From positions 1 to 64,000 of the IMG/VR virus record IMGVR_UViG_3300044518_000037: a stretch of DNA of 64,000 nucleotides; one strand, written 5' to 3'. The stretch is from a virus (Duplodnaviria; Caudoviricetes). The notes beneath the pieces are model-generated. The model was not told the DNA's origin and did no database searches. It worked only from the letters and a program-made list of their open reading frames with translations. Made by a program: the position numbers and the translations under genes. This document shows, one piece after another, positions 44,296-52,387 of the stretch (position 1 is the stretch's first letter; every line of letters starts with the position of its first letter).

Positions 44296-45891
44296 TCAGG
44301 AAATGCGGCCGAGGTGTTCGGCGAGGGTTTCCACATCGGCGGTGATGGTGGTCTCGCCGCGCCCGTCAACGATGGCTTCGGACAGTCGGCCGCGCAGGGC
44401 AAGGGTGGCCTGCTGGCGCTCTTCGACGCTGTCCTCCACTACGAGGTTGACCACGTAGACGCAGGCGTGCTGGGAACTGGCCCTCACATGGCGCGTGTTG
44501 CGCTGGTCGAGGACGCCCTTGCTGTCGGGGAGGTCTACGTTGATCAGGTACTGGGCCTCCGGCAGGTCCAACCCGTACCCGCCGGCGTTGGTGCTGAGGA
44601 AGAGGCGGCAGTCGGGGTCGGTGGCGAACTTGGCCTTGGCGGCGGCCTTGGCGCTGGCGTCCATCTCGCCGTGGAACTGGACGTGTGCGCCGAATCGATC
44701 GAGCCTTTCGGCGAGGTAGGGCAGCAGGCGCCGGTAGGAGGTGAACACCGCGACCTTCGTGCCGTCCTCGGCGAGCATCTGCGTGATCAGGCGCTCCAGC
44801 TCGTCCAACTTGGGCGTCGTCGTGATGTTGGGGTACTCCCAGCTCGCGGCCACGAGGTCGGCGATGTACTCCGAGCCCTCGCCCCGGCCCTCGTGGTACG
44901 CCTCGGCCGAGTCCATGAGTAGCCCGGGGTGACACAGGAGCAACCTGGCCGCCAGCAACCGGGCCATGACCTTGCCCTGGGCGCGCCTGTCCTCCTCGCC
45001 CATTTCGCCGGCGTAGTAGGCCGCGAGGTCCACCGGCGAGCCGGCCTCGGCCGCCTCCTCCAGGGCCTCGCCAAGGTCAGCGAGAATGATCTTGTAGAAC
45101 TTGCGCGTCGCAGCGTCCAGGACGACGGTGCGGGTGGTCTCGGCCACGGCCGGCAGGTACCGCGCCACCTCCGGGTCGAGGCGGGACTTGCGGATCATCG
45201 CGGGCTTGAGCCGGGAGTTGAGCAGCCGCAGGTTCTTGTACCCCGTGACGGAGCCCCATGGATTTCTGGTGATGTAGCTCTTGTCGAACAAGTCCCAGCG
45301 GCCGAGGATCTCGCGGTCAACCCACTGCATGATGCTGAAGAGTTCCTCGGGCTTGTTCTCAACTGGCGTGCCAGTGAGGGCTATTCGGATCTCCGGCTGG
45401 AGGCGCTTAGCCTTCTTCGAGACCTGCGCTGAGAAGGACTTGATAGCGGTGGCTTCGTCCAGGATGACCGCGTCGAACCGGTGCGTCAGCAACTGCTCCC
45501 AGTCGTTGCGCAGGCCCCCGTACGACATGATCACGTAGTCCGGGTTGGTCAGGCCGACGTACTCCCACTGGCGGGCGCGAGCGTTCGCGGTGCCGTCGAG
45601 GACCATACACGTCTCCTCGATCGGCACGATGAGTTCGGCCCCGCGCAGCGCCAGGGTGCGGCGGTCAACGTCGGTGAACTTGGAAATGGCCTGGGCCCAC
45701 TGCCATTTGAGGGAGGCTGGCACGATCAGCAAGGCGTTGTTGATGGTGCCGTTGCCGAGCAGCTCTTCCAGGGCGGCGATGGTGAGGACGGTTTTTCCGG
45801 TGCCCATGCTGTAGGCGACAAGGATGCGCTGGCGCCGGAGGATGTCTCTTACTGCGCGCTCTTGGTAGGGGTAGAGGCTTCCGGTGAACAC
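44296..45891 (-). CDS. SNF2-family helicase
   Basis: MGTGKT, ILDEAT, ALTGTPVEN, LSTNAGGYGLDL. Confidence 0.92.
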   Translation of the reverse strand: MFTGSLYPYQERAVRDILRRQRILVAYSMGTGKTVLTIAALEELLGNGTINNALLIVPASLKWQWAQAISKFTDVDRRTLALRGAELIVPIEETCMVLDGTANARARQWEYVGLTNPDYVIMSYGGLRNDWEQLLTHRFDAVILDEATAIKSFSAQVSKKAKRLQPEIRIALTGTPVENKPEELFSIMQWVDREILGRWDLFDKSYITRNPWGSVTGYKNLRLLNSRLKPAMIRKSRLDPEVARYLPAVAETTRTVVLDAATRKFYKIILADLGEALEEAAEAGSPVDLAAYYAGEMGEEDRRAQGKVMARLLAARLLLCHPGLLMDSAEAYHEGRGEGSEYIADLVAASWEYPNITTTPKLDELERLITQMLAEDGTKVAVFTSYRRLLPYLAERLDRFGAHVQFHGEMDASAKAAAKAKFATDPDCRLFLSTNAGGYGLDLPEAQYLINVDLPDSKGVLDQRNTRHVRASSQHACVYVVNLVVEDSVEERQQATLALRGRLSEAIVDGRGETTITADVETLAEHLGRIS

Positions 45892-46130
45892 TCGTCCTCC
45901 TCTCCGGCGGTGGGGAGGATGAATGGTCTGATCTGCTCGTCCATCCCGAGCCAGACGAGGATGGACACCAGGGCGTCGCTACTACAGTTGAAGCCTCGGC
46001 CGAGGCGGGTCATGAGACTAGGAGTGACGCCGATCTCGTCGGCGATCTCGTACCAGTTCAGGCTTCGCCGGAACCGTGCGCGCAGTAGAGCTGCGTGCAC
46101 TGCTCGAACGTTGAGCTGGTGGGTGGTCAT
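45849..46130 (-). CDS. Small HTH protein
   Basis: RBS AAGGAG; NWYEIADEIGVTPSLMTRL. Confidence 0.75.
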   Translation of the reverse strand: MTTHQLNVRAVHAALLRARFRRSLNWYEIADEIGVTPSLMTRLGRGFNCSSDALVSILVWLGMDEQIRPFILPTAGEEDECSPEASTPTKSAQ

Positions 46131-47109
46131 GGGGCTCCTTTCTATGCCGGAAGGGGGGGTAGGCGCTGGTGACCGCGCGGTGGATCTCCTCGTCGGAGGC
46201 CATGTCGCCGGGGTCCTTGGCGGTCGAGTCGGCGTAGTTGAGGAACCGCATCCGGATGCCGCGTGGTCGCCAGGTCCGGTAGAGCTGGTCCCGGGCGGCG
46301 CGGCCGGCGATGTCGTTGTCGAGGGCGAGGACGAGGACGCCGGGGCGCTGGCGCACCAGGCGCATCTGCGCGTTCGAGACGTGGGCGCCGTAGGAGGCGA
46401 CGCCGCCGGTGATGCCGGCCGAGGCGAGGCGTACTGCGTCCAGAGGGGATTCGAGGAGGACGGTGACGTCGTCGTACGGGGTGTGGTAGCCGAAGAGAGT
46501 GAGGCTCTTCTTGACCCCGTCGGGGTGGTTACGGAAGTGGCGCTTGTTCTTCTCCTGCCAGCCAAGGAGTTGGCCGGTGGTCGGGTCGCGGATCGGGATG
46601 ATCCAGCGGCTGTTGCGTGGGTCCCACAGGACGCCGTAGAGGGCACACGCCTCGGCGGTGAGGTGGCGCTCGGCCAGGGCCTCGGGCGGGGGCGCGACAA
46701 ACAGGGCCAGGGACGCCTCGTTCACTGTGACCGGCTCGATCGGCGGCTTCTGCTCGTCGTCGGCCGGCTGGAGCCGATAGATGCCCTGGCGGGCGATCCA
46801 GCGCAGCGCGTCGTCGCGGCCGATGCCGAGGACGTCAGCAGCGAGTTGGACGAACGGGCCGGCGTACTGGCAGCTGAAGCAGATGAAGGCGCCGCTCGTG
46901 GTGCTCACCCAGAAGCTCGGGTGGCGGTCCTCGCTGCCGGTCCTGGCCTTGTGCATCGGGCAGCGGGCCTGGACCTCGGAGCCGCCGGAGGGGCGGTCAA
47001 CGGTGCGCAATGCCGTCATGCCGAGGCGCTGGAGCGCTGCTGGCACGTCGGACGGAACAGGGTTGGAGTAGGCCGTGAGGAGGTCCCAGCCGCTAGTACG
47101 GGAGTGCAT
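46018..47109 (-). CDS. dnaG: DNA primase (zinc finger + TOPRIM); 3' end possibly frameshifted
   Basis: CPMH..CFSC; LLESPLDA; LALDNDIAG; KDPGDM. Confidence 0.9.
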   Translation of the reverse strand: MHSRTSGWDLLTAYSNPVPSDVPAALQRLGMTALRTVDRPSGGSEVQARCPMHKARTGSEDRHPSFWVSTTSGAFICFSCQYAGPFVQLAADVLGIGRDDALRWIARQGIYRLQPADDEQKPPIEPVTVNEASLALFVAPPPEALAERHLTAEACALYGVLWDPRNSRWIIPIRDPTTGQLLGWQEKNKRHFRNHPDGVKKSLTLFGYHTPYDDVTVLLESPLDAVRLASAGITGGVASYGAHVSNAQMRLVRQRPGVLVLALDNDIAGRAARDQLYRTWRPRGIRMRFLNYADSTAKDPGDMASDEEIHRAVTSAYPPFRHRKEPHDHPPAQRSSSARSSTARTVPAKPELVRDRRRDRRHS

Positions 47110-48337
47110 CCAGCACCCCCTCAGGAGCCTCCTCGAACGACGGTGGATCGTAGGAGATCGAGAGCAGCGTTTCCTGCGGGAAGGCGGCGTGTCGGGCGAT
47201 AAGGAGCTTCATGCGCGAGGTGGACTCGTCTTCCTCGGTCGGCTCCAGGCCGATGAGGAAGTCCGCATCCATGGCCCATGCAGAGGTGTAGCCGAGGGAG
47301 TACGGGCCGAGGCCGTCCTTGCCCAGCTTGTGGGGGAGACTCTGTGTTGTGTACACGACTGGGATGTCGTTGTTGAGCGCCAGCATCTTCAGGCCGTGGC
47401 TGATGTTCGTGAGCGCCATCGGCGTGTTCGACTCTTTGGTGATTTCGTCGAACAGGAAGTAGGCGCCGTCGATGTAGACGATGTCGGGCGATATCTTGTC
47501 GATCTTCGACTGGATGCCGGAGATGGTCATGGTTCCGGCCCGGTCCTCGGTGAGGATGAGCGACTTGTCGTCGTGCTCCGCGAGCAGCTCCTTCTCCAGT
47601 CGACGCCAGTCGCGTTGGGGGACCTGGCCGGTTAGCAGGTCGTTCGGATTGATCTGCACGTGAAACCCATCGAGGCGGCGGGCGATCTCCAGGTACGGCA
47701 TTTCGAAGGAGAGAGCCAAGGGCTTGGCGCCGGATTCGAAGGCGGCGCGGAGCATGATCAGCATCAGGCTTGTCTTCTTGGACTTGGCCAGCCCTGTCAA
47801 CCCGATCACGTGCTGGCGCTGTTGCCCACGTGTGATCCTGTCCAGGAAGCGGACCCCAGTTGGGATGCCGAGCATCTGCGAGGGGTTTTCGCGGGCCTGC
47901 CGGTAGACCTCAAGGCGCTGCGAACCTGTCCTCGCGAAGTCGATCTCCTGGGAGGTACTGGTGGCGAGGGTCGCCTGGGTGTGCATGGCGCGCAGGATGC
48001 TGAGTGCCGCCTCGGGCCCGCTGTTCTCCAGGGCGTCGCCAGCGGCGCCAAGGCCGAGCTCGACAAGCATGCGCAGCCGCTCGGCGTGTAGCTCCCGGAT
48101 GAGGTAGTCCAGGGGGCCGGAGCTGTCGGTGACGAACTGGTGGGTGGGGTGGTCACGCAGGATGACGTCAGCAGTCGGTGCCTCGCCGAAGTCGGCCCGG
48201 AAGTCGAGGATCTCCCTGAAGATCGTCTTGTTGTCCGGGTCGAGGAAATGATCGGCGGTGATCCCGGCGTCGGTGACGGTGGCGAGGTCGCCTGTCGCGG
48301 CGATATAGGAGATTACCTCCTCCTCGATGGTGCTCAC
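47093..48337 (-). CDS. dnaB: DnaB-like replicative helicase
   Basis: PTG..LDRIT.G; SFEM; IVYIDG; LK.LA..DIPVV..Q; DADF. Confidence 0.88.
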   Translation of the reverse strand: MSTIEEEVISYIAATGDLATVTDAGITADHFLDPDNKTIFREILDFRADFGEAPTADVILRDHPTHQFVTDSSGPLDYLIRELHAERLRMLVELGLGAAGDALENSGPEAALSILRAMHTQATLATSTSQEIDFARTGSQRLEVYRQARENPSQMLGIPTGVRFLDRITRGQQRQHVIGLTGLAKSKKTSLMLIMLRAAFESGAKPLALSFEMPYLEIARRLDGFHVQINPNDLLTGQVPQRDWRRLEKELLAEHDDKSLILTEDRAGTMTISGIQSKIDKISPDIVYIDGAYFLFDEITKESNTPMALTNISHGLKMLALNNDIPVVYTTQSLPHKLGKDGLGPYSLGYTSAWAMDADFLIGLEPTEEDESTSRMKLLIARHAAFPQETLLSISYDPPSFEEAPEGVLDALPY

Positions 48338-48582
48338 TGGATCTCCACTAGGCCGATCGCGTCGCCCTCTTCGATCAAGTCGCCAAGGGCTATGGGGCCG
48401 TGGCACTCGTCCTCCACCACAGGTTCCACGGTGATCTGGGGTACCGGGGTGTCGCCGATCGTCAGCACGACGGCCCAGCCGACGACGGGTACTGCGACGT
48501 GCTCGTCTCCGTAGTCAATGACGGCCCGGTGGTCGACGGTGTCGGGGTGGAGCTGGATGGTCGTGCGGGTGTGCTCGGGCAT
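48334..48582 (-). CDS. Hypothetical protein
   Basis: RBS GGAG; GTGA overlap. Confidence 0.65.
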   Translation of the reverse strand: MPEHTRTTIQLHPDTVDHRAVIDYGDEHVAVPVVGWAVVLTIGDTPVPQITVEPVVEDECHGPIALGDLIEEGDAIGLVEIQ

Positions 48583-48601
48583 GCGTTTCTCCGTTCAGCG
48601 T

Positions 48602-48775
48602 TCAGTGGCGGTTCTTTCGAGCCGCTCTTTTCTGTGCTCGCCGGGTGGCGCGGTTGGGCCGTGCGGTGCCGCTGTCGGCATCGAACTCGTCGTCTGGGGT
48701 GAGGAGTTCGGCGGTGACGACGTGGGCCTGCCAGGTGACGCCGGCCTTCGGGCCGTGCTCAGGCTTGACGCTCAC
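48602..48775 (-). CDS. Small protein with NRATRR tail
   Basis: GTGA overlap; PNRATRRAQKR. Confidence 0.55.
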   Translation of the reverse strand: MSVKPEHGPKAGVTWQAHVVTAELLTPDDEFDADSGTARPNRATRRAQKRAARKNRH

Positions 48776-49224
48776 AGGAGCCTGCCGATCAGGGCCGCGT
48801 CGTGCGGGGCGACGGTGCGGCCCTTGGAGCCGTAAGTGAATCGGCGCTGCGGATCCGGGTCCGCGATGTACCGGATCCCCGGATCGAGGGCTATGTGGGA
48901 GGCGAGCTGGCTGACCGTGGTGGTGATCAGGCCCCCGCACGGCACGGCGTCCGCCTCCAGCCGCTCGGCGAGTGCGGGAGCGATGCGCTCGCCGAGGTAG
49001 GTCACCACCACGACGCGCTGGTCCTGGTGCCAAAGCTCCCAGAGCCGGAGCACCGCGAGGTCATGCGTCTCGTACAGGTCCAGGGCGTGGCCGGGGCCTC
49101 TGAAACGCAGGCGGCGGCGGAATCGGGTCGCGGAGTACTGGGCGGTGGGGAGCGCGAGGAGTCCCTCCCAGATGACGTAGATCACTTCGCCATCGGGGGA
49201 GTTGGCAATGTCACCGTGCTGCAT
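48772..49224 (-). CDS. Degenerate HAD-fold protein
   Basis: MQHGDI..YVIWEGLL..VVVVT. Confidence 0.55.
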   Translation of the reverse strand: MQHGDIANSPDGEVIYVIWEGLLALPTAQYSATRFRRRLRFRGPGHALDLYETHDLAVLRLWELWHQDQRVVVVTYLGERIAPALAERLEADAVPCGGLITTTVSQLASHIALDPGIRYIADPDPQRRFTYGSKGRTVAPHDAALIGRLL

Positions 49225-49882
49225 GGCTGCCGCCTCTGAGGTCGGGGCCGAGGAAGGCGAGCAGGCGCGTGGCTTCGGAGACGAAGCTCCGCAGCGCGGG
49301 GCTGTACCGGTTACGCCAGTGGTCGCCGGTCAAGTTGGTAGTGATGATGGTCGGCTGGCCGTTGGTGAAACGATTCCGCAAGATCGCGGCTAGGGTGTCC
49401 TCGGCGAACCGGCTTGCGGTGAGGTGCTCGTGGCCGACGTCGTCCAGGACCACCAGGTGCGCGGCGGCGACCCGCGAGACGCTGGCGTGGCAGCGGGCGA
49501 GGTGCGCCGCATCGTCATCGCGGCCGGAGGCGATGTACCGCTCGCGGTCGACGTACTCGGGGTAGCGCACGAAATACACGCTCTTGCGCCACCGGCGGAC
49601 ATCGCAGGCGAGCGAGGCGGCCATCGTGGTCTTTCCGGTGCCGGGGGCGCCGGCCATGAGCAGGCCCTGACCGTACTCAAGGGGGCGCACCGGGTGGCCG
49701 GCGGGAGTGGTCTTCTGCTGCTCGGGCAAGTGCTGGAGCCACTCGGCTGCTGCACGGAATTCGTCGGACGGGTTGTCCGCGAGGACCGGGTGGCCGAGCC
49801 CGAGGTGGCGGTACCGGCGCGGGATGCCCGTGTCGATCCACAACGCGCGCTCGGGGTCCATGTCGGTGGTGACGCGGAGCAT
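49211..49882 (-). CDS. DnaC/IstB-like AAA+ helicase loader
   Basis: GIPRRY; GAPGTGKT; LVVLDDVG.E; TIITTNL. Confidence 0.88.
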   Translation of the reverse strand: MLRVTTDMDPERALWIDTGIPRRYRHLGLGHPVLADNPSDEFRAAAEWLQHLPEQQKTTPAGHPVRPLEYGQGLLMAGAPGTGKTTMAASLACDVRRWRKSVYFVRYPEYVDRERYIASGRDDDAAHLARCHASVSRVAAAHLVVLDDVGHEHLTASRFAEDTLAAILRNRFTNGQPTIITTNLTGDHWRNRYSPALRSFVSEATRLLAFLGPDLRGGSHAAR

Positions 49883-50493
49883 CAGGACCCCGCCCCGGGC
49901 AGGCCCCAGGAGGCGGCGAACGCGGCACGCTCGTCCTCGGAGGTCTGGGGCTGGTCCTGCCAGTCCTGGTAGTCCTGCGCCTGGACGGCGGCGCCGCTCT
50001 CGCGCAGCTGCTGAAGCAGGCCCTGGCGCTGCCACTTGAAATCCCAGACGTACGCCTTGTTCGGGGCCCGGCCTCCGAGGCGTTGGAAGTACAGCTCGAT
50101 CATGGACCGGCAGGTGTCGGGCGACACGTCGCTGCGCAGCAACTCGCTGAAGACCCCCACCAGGGCCTTGAAGTTGGACAGTTCGAGGCCGCCGGTCCAG
50201 CTGAAGCTTGGGCACTGGTCGAGGAACGCCTTGGCGAGGCCAGTGGCGGAATCCGCCCGAGGAGTGCGGCCGTTGGTGAGGCGCTTGCGGACCTGGTAGC
50301 GGGTGAGCCGACGCGGGGACTGCTCTTCGTCTGCCGGGCCGTCAGAGCCGTCGCTGCGCCCGTTCTCGGGGTGCCCCATGAGGGCGTGAGCCTGGGTGGT
50401 TTGGTCGAGTTCTGCGTCCGGGTCGTGGTACTTGCGCTTCACGGTTGCGTCCTCGCGGTATTCGGGCCATGTTTTTTGATCTGCAACCGTCAA
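49882..50493 (-). CDS. Hypothetical replication-associated protein (start uncertain)
   Basis: Lies between the HTH initiator and the loader; TGATG coupling to the loader. Confidence 0.65.
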   Translation of the reverse strand: MTVADQKTWPEYREDATVKRKYHDPDAELDQTTQAHALMGHPENGRSDGSDGPADEEQSPRRLTRYQVRKRLTNGRTPRADSATGLAKAFLDQCPSFSWTGGLELSNFKALVGVFSELLRSDVSPDTCRSMIELYFQRLGGRAPNKAYVWDFKWQRQGLLQQLRESGAAVQAQDYQDWQDQPQTSEDERAAFAASWGLPGAGS

Positions 50494-50613
50494 GGTTGCA
50501 GAATAGAGAGACGTAGTCTCTCTATTCCTCTAGCTATTGCTTGAGCTAGAGCTTTAAGCATGAGCATGTGCGCTCGGCATGACAGTTGAGGTGCCAGTTG
50601 CGGTGTCAGTTGC
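50480..50613. promoter_or_regulatory. Candidate replication origin
   Basis: AT-richer; abutting 9-bp and 12-bp perfect inverted repeats; three 12-bp CAGTTG-containing iterons. Confidence 0.5.
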
Positions 50614-51030
50614 TCATTCGCTCTGACTCGCCTGGGACAACTCCTCGTCAAAGGCCGCCCAATGGCGCAGAAGCAGGTGGATTGCGTGGTCCACGATTTC
50701 TCCGGGCGGCATCGCGGCGATGAGTATCTGGATGGGCCCGAAGGCCGAGGTGACCTGGATGTCCGTCACGCGGACGGCCACCTCGGTCGTAGCACCAGCC
50801 CAGGCCATAACCTTTGCGAGACCAACCTCTTGGAGGTCCGAGACGGCGCGCGCGGTGGTGCGCAGCGAGCAGCCCATCTCATCAGCCAGCTGCATCTGCG
50901 TGATGTACGCATAGGAGCAGCCGGTCATCTCGTCCAGTCGCGAGTCCGGGTGCGTGATCAGTGCCGTGTAGGCGAGGCGGGCGCGTTCGGGCAGGCGGTT
51001 GAGGATCTGGTCAACGGCGACGGTGCGCAT
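50614..51030 (-). CDS. Winged-HTH protein, candidate replication initiator
   Basis: ITQMQLADEMGCSLRTTARAVSDLQEVGL. Confidence 0.75.
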   Translation of the reverse strand: MRTVAVDQILNRLPERARLAYTALITHPDSRLDEMTGCSYAYITQMQLADEMGCSLRTTARAVSDLQEVGLAKVMAWAGATTEVAVRVTDIQVTSAFGPIQILIAAMPPGEIVDHAIHLLLRHWAAFDEELSQASQSE

Positions 51031-51046
51031 GGCGATCCTCCGGCGC

Positions 51047-51916
51047 TCAGTGGGGAACCCACTGGGTCCGCACGTCCTTCTTTGGGCGCCCTCGGCCTGC
51101 CGGGCGCCAGGTGTTCGTCTCCGGGTCGAAGACCTCCAGGTGGCCCTTGCCACTCTTGTTCGGCGTCGCCTCGGGCCGGGGCGCCAAGGCCGCGCGCGCT
51201 GCCAGGATCTGCGCGCCGACCTGGCGCACATACCGGTCGAGGTCGGTCGTGATGAGGGCGAGCAGCGACTCCGCCCCGGTCAGAGCTTCCCGTAGGAGCT
51301 GCGCACCCTGGGGGGACAGCGTCACGTCGGGGGTCTCGTCGTCCACGACCAGGGCCATCTGCCCGTCTGGCTGTTCGGTCACCTCGGCGTCGCCGGCCGG
51401 CTCCTCCTGGTCGGGCAGGTCGCGCCAGGTGATCTCCAGCATGGCGCGGGAGAGGTCGTAGACCGGTATGTCCGCACGAAGTGCGGCGGCGGCGACCTCC
51501 TGGGCCTCCTCGTCCACGGCGCCTTCGTCGGAGAGCACCAGCAGCAGCGGGTTCGGCCCGCTGCGCAGCTCCATGATCAGGGCCTCGGCGACTGTCCGGA
51601 CGGGCTGCACGTCGTCGAAGCCCTCGACACTGTCGAGGATGTCCTGGGTCTGCGCGCCGTGCGTGCCGTCGTGCAGTGCGGTGAACCCGAGGTCGGCTCG
51701 CATGGCCCAGTCCCAGACGTCTATGAAGGCCGGGGTGTTGTAGCGCTCCCCGACCGGGATGACCGGGCGCGGGTGGAACGTCTCGGAGGGGGTGAAGCAA
51801 CCGTTCTCGTCGGCCGGACCGTACTCGAATTGATCGTTGAGCGTGTCCATGATCAGTTCGGTGCTGGCGGCCCCGGTTCCGATGACCCCGACGGTGACAG
51901 GTCGAAGTCCAGTCAT
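51047..51916 (-). CDS. Hypothetical protein with Rossmann-like N-terminus
   Basis: VTVGVIGTG; RBS GGAGG; C-terminal GRGRP AT-hook-like motif. Confidence 0.7.
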   Translation of the reverse strand: MTGLRPVTVGVIGTGAASTELIMDTLNDQFEYGPADENGCFTPSETFHPRPVIPVGERYNTPAFIDVWDWAMRADLGFTALHDGTHGAQTQDILDSVEGFDDVQPVRTVAEALIMELRSGPNPLLLVLSDEGAVDEEAQEVAAAALRADIPVYDLSRAMLEITWRDLPDQEEPAGDAEVTEQPDGQMALVVDDETPDVTLSPQGAQLLREALTGAESLLALITTDLDRYVRQVGAQILAARAALAPRPEATPNKSGKGHLEVFDPETNTWRPAGRGRPKKDVRTQWVPH

Positions 51917-52057
51917 CTGATCCTCCAATGTGATCGGCGGGTAACGAAACTGATCGTGACCCAGGAGGAACCGGGACGAATCCTCAGACACGGCAATCGA
52001 AAATCAGTTCACTCGAATGGCCCAATGCTGCCCCGAACGGGTGAGAGCCCTTGTGCC

Positions 52058-52387
52058 CTACGGCCAGGGGAAGCGCGAGGGGCCCCCGCCGTGCCGCCGA
52101 CGCAGCTGTACCGCCTGGATTTGGCGTTCACTCGAATGGCGGAACGTGGTCACCAGCTGCTCGATGAGTCCCACCAGCGCACCGAGGGCAGCCGGCCAGA
52201 TCACATAGTTCGGGGCGTAGCGGTAGCCGGCGTAGGCGAGGGCCAGCACGGCCGCGTACTGCACGGGGGTCCTGACGGCTCCTGGCAGAAGAGCGGTGGC
52301 CATGGCGACGAGTACGCGTCCGAGGGCGTCCCAGGCGAAGTAAACGGCCAGCGCGAGGACAAGGAACTGAGGCACGGTCATTTCCAC
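52058..52387 (-). CDS. Membrane protein (holin-like candidate)
   Basis: Three or four hydrophobic segments and a basic C-terminus. Confidence 0.65.
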   Translation of the reverse strand: MEMTVPQFLVLALAVYFAWDALGRVLVAMATALLPGAVRTPVQYAAVLALAYAGYRYAPNYVIWPAALGALVGLIEQLVTTFRHSSERQIQAVQLRRRHGGGPSRFPWP

